Part shown: positions 35,550-47,586 of the stretch, piece by piece | Numbering within the stretch: position 1 is the stretch's first letter | How the letters are laid out: each line of letters starts with the position of its first letter | DNA from: Gekko japonicus | Lineage: Eukaryota | NCBI RefSeq assembly: GCF_001447785.1 | Contig: NW_015170923.1 | Span: 69,583-133,582 of the forward strand | Direction of reading: 5' to 3' | Length of the DNA stretch: 64,000 nucleotides | Notes under the pieces: generated by a model | The model's input: the letters and a program-made list of their open reading frames with translations, nothing else | Databases searched by the model: none | What the model was told of the DNA's origin: nothing | Made by a program: the position numbers and the translations under genes

Positions 35550-36034
35550 GGGGCGGCGTTCCGGGGCCGTCTGAGGCTGCCGTCATCGCCGTCGGGTCTG
35601 GGCGGGAGGGGCTCCGGGCCGGGCTGTGGCCCGCGGGGCGCGCACGTGCCTGCCTGCCTCTCGCACCGGGAGCCTTCCGCGGCGGCCTCGGGATTGGCTC
35701 CGCTGTTGCCCTGGCAACCGCGGCTCCCCGGCCACGGGAGGCTCCGCCCCCTCTGCCAGCGGCGCCCCCTCCCTGGAGGGCTGCCTTGGGGGGCGTCTCG
35801 GGGGCGAAGCGCTGGCGGGGCCGTGGGGCAGAGCTGGCAGCTCTCTGGGCTCCCTTGCCTGGGTGGGACGGCTGTGCCTGGCGGGCGAGAAGGCGCGGGG
35901 ACACCGTCGGGTCGGGCCGCCTCTCCTCCTCCTCCTCCCCCCAGGGGCGGCTGGCCTGAGCCCTCCCCTGAGAGCCCCCCCCCCACGGGGGCACCGGGGG
36001 GGGCGTTCGGGGCCGGAGACGGCCTGTGCCACCT
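35550..36034. promoter_or_regulatory. CpG island, probable FXYD6 promoter / non-coding exon 1
   Basis: Very CpG-rich island between two gaps. Contains CACGTG (35643), ATTGG (35693), RFX X-box GTTGCCCTGGCAAC (35705-35718) and a GC box (35741). The first FXYD6 coding exon begins at an acceptor, so an upstream non-coding exon is needed. Confidence 0.55.
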
Positions 36035-38501
36035 NNNNNNNNNNNNNNNNNNNNNNNNNNNNNNNNNNNNNNNNNNNNNNNNNNNNNNNNNNNNNNNNNN
36101 NNNNNNNNNNNNNNNNNNNNNNNNNNNNNNNNNNNNNNNNNNNNNNNNNNNNNNNNNNNNNNNNNNNNNNNNNNNNNNNNNNNNNNNNNNNNNNNNNNNN
36201 NNNNNNNNNNNNNNNNNNNNNNNNNNNNNNNNNNNNNNNNNNNNNNNNNNNNNNNNNNNNNNNNNNNNNNNNNNNNNNNNNNNNNNNNNNNNNNNNNNNN
36301 NNNNNNNNNNNNNNNNNNNNNNNNNNNNNNNNNNNNNNNNNNNNNNNNNNNNNNNNNNNNNNNNNNNNNNNNNNNNNNNNNNNNNNNNNNNNNNNNNNNN
36401 NNNNNNNNNNNNNNNNNNNNNNNNNNNNNNNNNNNNNNNNNNNNNNNNNNNNNNNNNNNNNNNNNNNNNNNNNNNNNNNNNNNNNNNNNNNNNNNNNNNN
36501 NNNNNNNNNTGTGGGTGTGCAACGTGCTGTTTTTTTTTTGGGGGGGGGGAGTCACTGCATGCAGATGTTCTGGAAATAGCGGCTGGAAGATGAGGCTTAA
36601 GCTGGTTGCCATCTTGTGAGACTGGGAGGCCGCTGGGCGAAGAGTTGGCTTGGCACAGGCACTCGCACGCACACACACACACACACACACACACATCACC
36701 AGATCAGCGAGAGGCGGGATTAAGCACATCCAGCTGGGGGGGGGGAGCAACAGCTTCCAGTCTGGGCCCCGGAGAAGAAACCTCAGAGGCAGCAGGGCAG
36801 CATCTTTGAAGCAGCTGTGAAGAGGACTCATCCTGCCTGGTGCAGCCCCCACAGCTTAGGGAACTTGGACTTTAGTTTTCTCCATTACAGAAGAAGGCAG
36901 CCTGTGTGTGTGTGTGTGTGTGTGTGTGAGGGGGGCGGTTAGTGGGAAAGCTGCAGGAGGAATAGAGGGAGGGGCTCTGCCCTTCCCAAACTCCTGTTTC
37001 TGTGGTCTGCAAGCGAAACACCCAGGGAATCCTGCCTGGAGCTACACATAATGTGCAGGCAACCTGGGGAGGGGGCTTTGCGGGCCCCCAGCCTAGACAA
37101 TGGTCTACATTCTTCTGCAGACTAATATAAAGTGCGTGGCTTTGATCCGACGTGGGCAAAGCCTGAAAAGCAGTGTGTGTGTGTGTGTGTGAGTGTGTGG
37201 GGTGAACAAGAAGGGAGGGGATAAGAGACCTTCACCCTTTTCCTGCCCCCGGATTTCCTGTTCCAAACCATAGCCCCTACATTTGCAGCTGTATGGCAGA
37301 TCCCTCTCATGGGGTTTTTTTTTGGGGGGGGGGCAGTTTGGAGCTGGANNNNNNNNNNNNNNNNNNNNNNNNNNNNNNNNNNNNNNNNNNNNNNNNNNNN
37401 TCCCAAGGATCTTGGCATGCTTTCAGTGCGCCTACATACAATGTCTTGTTTGGTTCTTGCTTGGCTGGTGATCTGATCTTGACGTGTTGCCCTGCCACTG
37501 GACGGCTGCTAGTGAGCATGGAATGTGGGTTGCAGTCTCTTTGTTTTTCTCTGCACTGTGCAGAGACGTTTGATGTGCAGAGCAGGGGTCTTGCCCTGTC
37601 CCAGGGGGGGCAGGCGATCGCTGGACAGAGGAAGACGAAAGAAGTGCTCCTATTCTTGGTGGGCTGGGGTAGGTGAACACATTCATACTCGGAGAACTCT
37701 TTTCCCTCACCAGGCCTGGGATAAGATGTCCTCTCTGTGGGCCCAGGGGTCGGACGCCTGAGACCGTGGGCAGCCCCGTAACAACAGATACAAGCTGGGA
37801 TCCATGGGGCCACAGGGGCCGTGCTTCCAGGACTGCTGTCTCTCCTGGGGTTCTTCCTTTAGTTCACCGAGGGGTCTCCTTCGCTCCCTCTGTTTGATGT
37901 GGCTTCAGCTTTGAAAGATGGTGAGCGTGTGAGCTGTGCTTTGAAATGGAAGGTGTATCACATACAAAGCCCCCTCTTATCTATAGGGCTGTCTGTCTCA
38001 TGTTCCGCCAGTACAGCTTCAATCATCCAAGCAAGACCTTCCGCAGGTGCCAACCTGCAAATGGGCAGAGCCACCAACTGCCCATACCTGTACCTTCTCC
38101 ACTGTGCCACCCCCATGGGGAACGGTTTGCCTGGAATGCCCAGGATGGCTCTCGCTTTCCGGCTGGATTATTCCAGAGGGCTTTTCTATGCAGGCCAAAG
38201 GTTTGCACTGTACAAACGGGTTTATTCAAGGTGTGAGCTTTCCTGCGCATGCACACGCCGTGAGACAATGAAATGGAATTACGTATCATAGTTGTATATT
38301 CTTGTTAAATTAGCATGCAAAATAGTGAATTTTGTTTTAATGGATCAAAAGAGTGACAAGGTGGGTTTCTGGTGATCATCTGTTTGGGTTCAACTGGGGG
38401 GGGAACAACATAGGTAATAAACATGTCAGAACTGGAGGATGGCAGAAGAAGTTCCATGGCAAGGAAAGAGCCGGGCGGGGCGGGGCGGGGCGGGGCTAGA
38501 C

Positions 38502-38649
38502 GGCTCCTCTCGAATCCAGGTAGCCCAGCTCAGCAGAGTATTGTTCAGTGGCCGAGAGCTCAGCAGAGATCTCGGGGGGGGGGGGCTGTGGCTCCTCTCG
38601 AATCCAGGTAGCCCAGCTCAGCAGAGTATTGTTCAGTGGCCGAGAGCTC
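38502..38649 (+). repeat. 60-bp direct repeat, two copies separated by a G run
   Basis: GGCTCCTCTCGAATCCAGG...GCCGAGAGCTC at 38502-38561 and 38590-38649. Confidence 0.85.
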
Positions 38650-40989
38650 TTATTAGTCTCTCCCACCCACCCCGCATCCATGTTTCTTTCCCTCTCCTCT
38701 GGCTTCTGGGTTGTTTGATATTGTTTTTCCGTCCTCCTCAAACAGGAAGCCCTTTAAACTGGTTCCAAATGTATTTGTTTATTTGATTTATACCCTCCCT
38801 GCTAAAAAAGGCTCAGGGCGACCTTTTCCCACCTGTGCCAACAGAAATCACCCGCTCCAGAGTGCGTTTGCCCCAAGAACGGTGGTGGTGGTGGTGGTGG
38901 TGAATCCTGTAAGGTACAAATCATGTTCAGGGCAGGGATGGGTCCAGCTTCTCCTGCTCAGGAAGAACTCTGACGGACGGCCGCAGTCCTTTGCAGCACT
39001 CAGAACAACTCCCCAGGACTTAGATCACAGCTAATTAGATCAGAAACTAATCTAATTACCTCTAATCAATTTAAGTTCCCTGCCGCCCCCCCCCCCCACC
39101 AAAGTTTTCTGGCTCGGGGGAGGCTTGTCCGTGGGGCCCTGCTAGGCACAGGGCTCCCTGCTGGCTGGCTCCCCTCCCCTTTGTCTCCATGCCCAAAGCA
39201 GGGATGGAAAGCTGTTTCCAGGTTCTGGAAGCCAGCAGCCATCATTCAGTGCTGGCTTTTCAGTGCCCACCTGATGTGCTTGCTTCGGACTTCCAAGTGA
39301 ACGATTTTTTCTTCTTGTTTGCTCTGAAAGGGACATGAAGGAAATGGGTCCGGCAGCAGCAGCAGCCACTAAAAATACAACAGGGCCTTGTTTGTTCTCT
39401 TCTGGAGTTCACTCGCGGGGGGGGGGGGCTCTCATGAAGGCATGTGCCTCCCTAGCGGCTTCTGTTGTGGGCAGTGGGGCAGACCCTGAAAAGTTGTGGG
39501 GTAGCCCTTTTCCTTGGAAGTCTCCGAAGGGCCTGGGAGAGCCTAGCCCCTGTGGGGGAGGGCGGCTGGCGTGGCCACAAGAGACAACCCCCCCCTCTCT
39601 GCACCCACTTTTTTCTTGAGGCGAACGAGCGGCGTAGGAGGACTCGGGGGGGGGGGCTATGACTTTGACTCTCGTCCCCTCTGACCTTTGACGCTTNNNN
39701 NNNNNNNNNNNNNNNNNNNNNNNNNNNNNNNNNNNNNNNNNNNNNNNNNNNNNNNNNNNNNNNNNNNNNNNNNNNNNNNNNNAGCCCTGCTAGACAAACC
39801 CCCCCCCCAGTTGTCTCTCTAATTTGACTCTGGGTTCCCACGACCGTCCCAAGTCTCTGCCTGGCCCTTGGAACAGCCCCATAGCAAGACATTTTTTGTG
39901 GGGAGGCAAAGGGGGGGGCCATGGTGGCTAATTAAATTAGTGAATAAAAACACCGCACAGCCCTGCCCCCCTCCTCCCTCAGAGAGAGGCTCTCTACAAA
40001 AAGCGGAATCAGGCTGCAAGGCCAAATCCACACACACCCAGAGGCCAAGCGTGCTTGCATGCAGAAAGCTAGCATGGGAGTCTTCAGGCTAGCCCGTTGT
40101 CTGCCATGCTGGATTTCCAGGGGAGGCTGCTCTCTCACCCGAAGATAACAGCTCAAGGGGCTCCTGAGGAGCCCTGCAGGAAGTGCCTGGAGCCGGTGAG
40201 TTCCCTTCGCCAGCCAAGCCTGCCAAGGGAGCAAGAGGCCAGGAGGGGCCCCCGGCCACCTGCCTGCCTGCCTGGTCCTCCCGGGCCTCCCTTCGTCTCC
40301 AGCCCGCTCTTTTGCCCCCCCCCCCCAGCTGGCGCAGGGCAGTCTTGGGCCTGCAGATTCACCCACTGCTTGGAGGGCCGGGTTTACAGTCCATGGCATG
40401 TTGTCACCTCCTTGCATTCTGAAGGGGCAGCAGGAAGCAGGCAAACCACCCCCCTGCCCCATCCAGTGTGTGGCTCAGAAGCGCGCTCTGCCCACGCTTG
40501 AGAGCGTGTGCAGAAAGGCTGAGGGAGGATAGGAAGGCACCCGAGATTGGACTGCAGCCCAGGGGGGAGAGAGGGGGGGGAAGGCGCCTCGCCTGGGCCA
40601 GCCCTTCCCCAGTGAAGAGAAGAGTTGCGAGAAATGGAGGCGTTGTGAACTCGGGAGGGGGCATCGCCCCCATGGGCCCCGTGCTAGCTATGGCTTTGCC
40701 TTGGAGGGTTTTTTCCACTGGCTTTTCTTTGGTACATGGCTGCCAACTGGTCATTTTAGGAATTACCAGCCGAGATGGCCAGTCTCCCCAGCTTCCCTGC
40801 TGCGTTGCTGTTCTGAGGCTCCATGTAGTTCCTGCATCTCCTGCTACCCAGCAGCTGGTTTCCACAGGGACAGCTTACCAGGGTTGCACATTCCTGGGGA
40901 ATTAACTGTTTAACTTCCAGCTGCCCCCATAGTGCCCATTTTGAGCCGTGTGCTTGAACGGTGGAAGTCTCTGTGGTCCAGAGAACAAC

Positions 40990-41197
40990 CTTTTCCCCCC
41001 TGTCAAGTTACAGCTGACTTCTAGAAGCCTTTGTGGGTTTCTCAAAGCAAGAGACAGCTACAGGTGGTTTTCCAGTGCCGCCTCCCTCTGTGCCACAACT
41101 CTGGTATCCCTGGGAGGTCTCCCTCCCTCCCATCCAAATACTAACTGGGGCCAGCCCTGCTGAGCTTCCGAGACCTGACAAGACAGGGCTATCCAGG
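40990..41197 (-). mobile_element. 5S rRNA-derived SINE (5S-Sauria-like)
   Basis: Minus strand reads TCTCGGAAGCTCAGCAGGG...GTTAGTATTTGGATGGGAG...GGGATACC, a degenerate 5S internal control region, followed by a non-5S body. Confidence 0.7.
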
Positions 41198-41735
41198 TTA
41201 GGGTGGAGAACAACCACCAGCATATAAAGTTGTGAAGAAGTTATTAAAAGAAAGGTGGAAACATGCAGTTCCCTGTCTCTCAGCCCTGTACGTGCCCTAC
41301 CTGTTCTTATTCTAATTTAAAAGCAGCAGTTTGCTGAAAGCTCCTCATTTCCTTGAAGTCTGTGTCTGGGCTGCCGGCCCTTTGCTCCCTGTGGCAATGG
41401 CAGCCATCAAGATGGAGCTCAGGCGTGAGAGATCCTTCCTTCAGATGGAGTCTGCCCAAATGGACCCCTCTTCCCCCGTGCCCGGAGATTTTATCTCTCC
41501 CGTGTTCTCACCCCCTTGTGGGTTGAGGAATCCTTTCCTGAAACCGCCAAGAACATGAAATCTTACCTCTCCCCCCGAAGTCTCTTTGTGCCGTCTTCTA
41601 GGTGTCAGATTTCAGCATGCTATGCCAGGGCCATCAGCGTTTCCACAGCTTTGATGGTGGGTACAGGATGATGCTTGGGAGGAACGGTCCCTTCCCCTGC
41701 CTGTCTTTCTCTGTCAGGAGAGAGGAAAAAATGAT

Positions 41736-42790
41736 TTGGAGTTGGGAGTAAGCAGTGAAGTGGCTAAATTTGCAGCTGACACGAAGTTGTTCAGGGTGGT
41801 GAGAACCAGGGAGGATTGTGAGGCACTCCAAAGGGATCTATTGAGGATGGGCGAGTGGGCGTCAACGTGGCAAATAGGGTTCAATGTGGCCAAGTGCAAG
41901 GTGATGCACATTGGAGTCAAAAATCCTAAATATAAATACACGTTGATGGGGTCCGAACTGGCAGAGACTGACCAAGAGAGAGATCTTGGAGTTGTAGTAG
42001 ATAACTCAATGAAAATGTCTAGACAGTGTGCCACTGCAATAAAAAAGGACAATGCTATGCTGGGGATTATTAGGAAGGGAACTGAAAACAAATGTATCAT
42101 AATGCCCCTGTATAAATCGATGGTGCGACCTCATTTGGAATACTGTGTGCAATTCTGGTCACCACACCTCAAAAAGGATATTATAGTATTAGAAAAAGTG
42201 CAGAAAAGGGCAACTCGAATGATAAACGGTTAGAACACTTTCCCTGTGAAGAAAGGTTAAAACACTTGGGGCTCTTTAGCTTGGAGAAATGATGGCTGAG
42301 GGGTGACATGATTGAGGTTTATAAGATTATGCATGGGATAGAGCAGGTAGAGAAAGGTACTTTTCTCCCTTTCTCACAAGACAAGAACTCGTGGGCACTC
42401 AATGAAATTGCTGAGCGGTTGGGTTAGAACAGATAAAAGGAAGTACTTCTTCACCCAGAGAGTGATGAACACATGGAATTCCCTGCCACAGGAGGTGGCG
42501 GTGGCTACAAGCATGGATGGCTTCAAGAGGGAATTGGATAAGCAATATGGAGCAGAGGTCCATCCGTGGCTATTAGCCACAAGGTACAGATAGGAACTCT
42601 TCATCTGAGGCAAGGGATGCTCTGTCTTCTTTGTGCTTGGGGGGGGCAACAATGGGAGGGCTTCTCGTGTCCTGGCTCCACTGCTGGACCTCCTGATGGC
42701 CCCTGGTATTTCTGGCCACTGTGTGATACAGAGTGTTGGACTGGATGGGCTTTTGACCTGATCCAACATTGGCATCTCTTATGTTCTTCT
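41736..42790 (+). mobile_element. CR1 LINE 3' end (RT C-terminus plus 3' UTR)
   Basis: KFAADTKL, FNVAKCKVMHIG, ERDLGVVVD, LYKSMVRPHLEYCVQFWSP, FFTQRVMNTWNSLP. Confidence 0.93.
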
Positions 42791-45469
42791 AAATATGTGT
42801 GGAGAGGTGTCAGGCTAGCTTTTCATGAATAAAGCTGTTCTACCAGGTGAAAAATGATAATTCCAATATTCTTCCAACCAGCCGCCATGATGATGCCCTC
42901 GTTGCTTCTGGTACTGGCAGGGGGGCAAAAAAAGAAGATCTGAATGTGTCGTACCCCCCCACACACATACTTTCTGACTGACTGAAGAAAAACGCCTTGA
43001 TTCTCAGGGACCCCTTGAAATATGAGCAGTCATACACTTTTAGATGCCATCTTCAGAGGAGGGGTGCATGGAGCCTTGGAAGTCTTCGCTTGTTTCCATA
43101 CAGAGGTTTTTGTATCCAGAGGGGAGCATGTTTTTTGGGTGTTCACCAATCACCCACTTTGCCCCCCCCCCCCGGCACTCTGCTGAATTTTTGGGCAGGC
43201 CTGATCTGGTGCCCTCTTTTGGGAAAGATGACGGCCAGAGTGCCTTGTGGCTGGAAAGGCGCGCAGTGGCATCGGTCCCCACGCCAGGGCCGTTTCCCTT
43301 GCCTCTCGCCCCTCCTAGGTCAGAGGGTGGCTTCCCTAAAGACAGCCGGAGTGGTGTTCAGCTATAGCAATATGTCAATTAGCAGTGTTAAATCAGAGGA
43401 AATGTAATTGACATATCGCCCCACCTTCAAACGGGTAATTGGCAGAGGTTGCTCTGAGAGTAGCCACTGTTTCTGGCAGTGAGGGCCCGAAGTGCCCTAC
43501 AGGAGGGAATGCCCAACAGGTGTTGGTCCAAGGCGTAGAGCTGTCATAAGAATATGGGTAGAGCCTGCCGGACCAGACCAGTCAGGGTTCATCTCGGCCG
43601 GTGGCGTCCTGTTCCGTGCAGCGGCCAACCAGTTGCTGTGGCCAGGCATTCCCCTCATGCTCCTTCCCAGCACTGGGTTCCAGGTGAGCCAAAGGAGGAG
43701 CCTCTTGCTCCCCATGAGCTAGTGGCCGTGGGGGGAGGAACCCGCCCTCCAAGCCGAGATCTCTCCTGTGCACAGGCCAGTCTGATTCGTATACTGAGTC
43801 TCATTTGTTAGAACTGAGAATTTTTTATGATGGTGGTAGCTGATTTATTCCTAATCATTTTTATTTTCTGGCTCTGTGTATTCCTCACATTAGCATACTT
43901 GTTAATTTTTTGCTTACTACAAGGACTTAAACCCTGTTAATTAACTTTACAAAGGAACAAGGCAAAACGTTTGTCTGTGTGTTCCGCTGCGACTTCTAGT
44001 GTCTGGATCCTGTGTTGTTCCAAGCAGATTCCTACAGAGGGCGCCTGTCTTTTAACACAGACCTCTGAGTGGCGGGCCAGGGGCTCCGTGGAGTGTCTCC
44101 CTGGACGAGGCCCTGCCAGGCTTCCCTCCCAGGAACTGAACTCGGAGCAGCCGCCTGATTAGCTATGAATGAATGAAGTCCTCGCAGGGCAGGGCAGGGC
44201 AGTCTTCTCAGGAAAGCCTCACTCCCCCCACCCCTGTATTTTCTTTGGGCGGGGGCATTGGGATAGATGGGAGTTGTGTGTTTTGGTGCTCCTTATAGCG
44301 CAGAAGCCTTTCTGTGGAACTCAGGGCAGCTTACAGTGTAGATAAAATAAAAATACAATAAAAACAATAGGAATAATACAACATTATAAAAACACAATAA
44401 TGGTCACAATCGAATCAGTCAAATGCAGTTGTAGGTAAAGCTGTCTTCGCTTTCCTCTGGAGGATGGAGGGTGGGGTGGGGCGCCAGGTGCACCTCCCAG
44501 TGTGTGGGGGGGGGCGTTCCATGATCGTGGGCCTGCCACCGAAAGGGCCCTGCCTCAAAGTGTGCCCACCAGGCAAGCTTCTTTGATCGATGGGGGAGTC
44601 CGTCTACTTGCGACCTGAATTCCCAGTTAGGAACAGTTGGGTGAAGATGGTCCTTCAGACGCCCTGGCCTCAAGCCGTTGGGGTAAAGTCAGCCACTTTC
44701 CCCGGGGTGGGGGGCAGGGAGGGGCTCCTACCTGGTGGAATGGCCGGCCTGAGGAGGTCAGGAAGCCCCCCCCCCTCAGGAATGGCTCAGGAGGCCTTTT
44801 TTTTTTTTTTAAACAAAGGTTGCTGTTTTAATCTCCACCTAAACAAATGTAGGCCGATTTTTGGAACTGTTTATTATGCTGTTTAAGTGTGTATTTGCTT
44901 GTTAAATGGCACCCTCCCCCTTGAGTCTCCTTGAGGAAGGTAGCATGGAAGTTCCGATGCGAAGTCTGGTGTCCAGATGAGCGTGGAACACGGAAGTGGA
45001 GGTGCCACCTTTCAAAAAGCGGGCTGGTGCCTCTGGTTGTGTGTGTGTGTGTTGTGTTGCCTTTCCCTGACTTGGCCTCTGTTTGTGTTCCACCTGAAAC
45101 AGACAGCTCTGCCCCTGCGTGTCATGTGCTCTGCGAGGCAGCCTGGGGGCTGGATGGATTTCCTGTGCCTGCCAACTGGGGGGGGGTGTGCCTGGTGGCC
45201 GTGGGGGGGGGGCCTTGCCGCTCCCTCGTCTGTGCAACTGGGTCTGCAGAGCCCCTTCTTGAAGTGAGCGCCATGTTTGCGGATTGGTCGTAGGGACCGG
45301 CCCTTTAAGTGGCTGTGGCTTGAGGGCTCCTTTCTCCTCCTCCCATTCCTTTGTTTCTGGCTCTCAGCAGCAAGGAGGAGGATGGAGAGTTGGAGGTAGA
45401 GTCAGGTGGGCAGCTGTGTCAGTCTGAAGCAGGAGGACAACGTTTGAGTCCAGTGGGGGGGTGGGTTAC

Positions 45470-46240
45470 GGTGGACCGTAGCTTAACTATGAGCAGCCAG
45501 TGTGATGCAGCGACAAAAAAAGCTAACGTGATTGTGGAGTGTATCAACAGAGGCATAACACCCGAATTGCAAGATGTCATATCAGTGCTCTCTCTAAGCC
45601 GTGGAGTCTTGTGAGCAAAAATTCTACTTTGTGAGCTACTGGCATTAAAGTTGTGAGCAAGTGATTTGGCTACTGCATAAATTAGCTTGCTCTGGAGCCA
45701 TCCCTTCCTGAGCTAAGACAAAAATGTGTGAGCCAGAGGCTTAAAAACTGTGAGCTAGCTCACACTAACTCAGCTTAGAGGGAACACGGGTCACAGTCCC
45801 GCTGTACACTGCATTGGTCAGGCTGCACCTGGAGCCTTGTGTGCAGTTCTGAAGGCCTCACTTCGAAAAGGATGTGGACAGAATGGAGCACATGCAGAGG
45901 AGAGCGAGGAGGGTGATCGNNNNNNNNNNNNNNNNNNNNNNNNNNNNNNNNNNNNNNNNNNNNNNNNNNNNNNNNNNNNNNNNNNNNNNNNNNNNNNNNN
46001 NNNNNNNNNNNNNNNNNNNNNNNNNNNNNNNNNNNNNNNNNNNNNNNNNNNNNNNNNNNNNNNNNNNNNNACCAGCTGCCTCGGGAGGTGGTGAGCTCCT
46101 CCTCCCCCTGGCAGTCCTTAAGCAGAGGCTGGACAAACCCTCGTCAGGGATGCTCGAGGCCGATCCTGCATTGAGCGGGGTGGGTGGGTGGGGTTGGACT
46201 GGACGGCCTGTGTGGCCCCTTCCAGCTCTGTGTGATTGTA
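45470..46240 (+). mobile_element. CR1 LINE 3' fragment, split by a MITE and a gap
   Basis: Peptide VDRSLTMSSQCDAATKKANVIVECINRGI; CR1-type 3' tail after the gap. Confidence 0.75.
45583..45789. mobile_element. hAT MITE family A, inverted orientation
   Basis: Reverse complement of 4384-4587; TSD degenerate (GTCATAT / GTCACAGT). Confidence 0.8.
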
Positions 46241-47563
46241 TGATTCAAAGACCAACGAAGTTTTATTCAAGGCAGAAGCTTTTGTGTGAGGATACTAGGC
46301 ATCCCGGAGAGTTGGAGCCTGGCTGTGAGAGAAGAGGGAGGGGTCGTGGGGATCACTGCAGAAATGCCAAGAGGAGATCTCCGCTGTGCAGGCAGGCCTT
46401 TTGGTCATGGATGGGAGAGCAGCAGAGCTCTTGCTCTGAAGGGTCCCATGGCAGGGGGGGGGGAGAGCAGGCAGCCCCCCCCCCGAGCCTGTGGCCTGCT
46501 AGAGTCCTGCATGCACTGGCCAGGATCCCACCCCCACCCCCCGGCTTGGAGAGGGGCTCTCTCTCTCTCGGGGGGGTTCAGTGTGTGGGTACATGGATCC
46601 TGCACTACACGGCTGCTTTCACAGGTTGGCAAAGGGGCACTGAGTTGGCAGGCCTGGTTCTTGATCCTTCCTTCGAAGCCAGTTGGGAAACAGGGGTGTC
46701 GAGCGATGCCTCGACCCTCTAGTAGTCCCTTGCCGTGGAGGCCTGGCTGGGATGTTTTGCCCGGCTGGGCACCTTTGCCTTCTTCTCAGTCCCCTGCTCT
46801 CCAGTATGGGCCCTTTCCGGGACTTCCTCGGCTTGACTTCCCTGCCACACGTGTCGCTCCTGGTTGCCGCACCTCCTTCCTTGCCGCTGGAAAGAGGGGC
46901 CTTCTCCCCAGCCTGTGCCCCGGGGCATCTGCCGGCTGCCTCCCCCTCCCTCCCCCCCCAAATCCCTGCTAGTTGCTCTCCTCATTACACGCCGGAAGGA
47001 GGGCTGGTGTGCCCTTGATATATAAGCAAGGGCACTTAATAAATAACAAGTCTGATTAATTGGGGCAGCAGGCTAACGCAGCCTCGGAAGTGGAACACAC
47101 GCAACTCATCGGCCCTCCTGCATCTCGAGGGAAGCTCCGGGGGGGGGGGGGGGGGGGGAGGGGAACCTCTCTCCCTGGCCAGGAATGAGGGACGCAGGAG
47201 ATGGCGTTGGTGGGCACCCCACCGGAGATTGCCGTGGCTTGCAGCACAGAGCTCAAGCAGCCAGCTGCCTCCCCCCCCCACACACACACCTGGTGATTCC
47301 GTGCCTAGAAGTGTTCTTACACGGGCAGAAGGCTGGAGCTCAGTGACGGTCCAGAGGCACCTCTAAGCGGGGGGAGTGTGGCGGAGTGGGCCTCTAAAGC
47401 CGGCCTGCTTCTCCCAGCCATCCTGCTGCGATTCCTCCAGCTGCCACAGGGGGGCAGGCGCCTGTACCTGGAAGTCATTGGGGTGGGAACACCTGTGCCG
47501 CTTTCGGAAGGATCGGGGGGGGGGTCTGGAGGAGAGGCTCTGCCAGGGGCTCTCTGGCAAGCA

Positions 47564-47586
47564 GGGGTTAGGGTTAGGGTTAGGGG
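47564..47586 (+). repeat. Short interstitial telomeric repeat GGGG(TTAGGG)3G
   Basis: Read directly from the sequence. Confidence 0.75.

Noticed and set aside
41090-41197. 5S rRNA gene
   Set aside because: Diverged, lacks the 5S termini and T terminator, and is fused to a SINE body.
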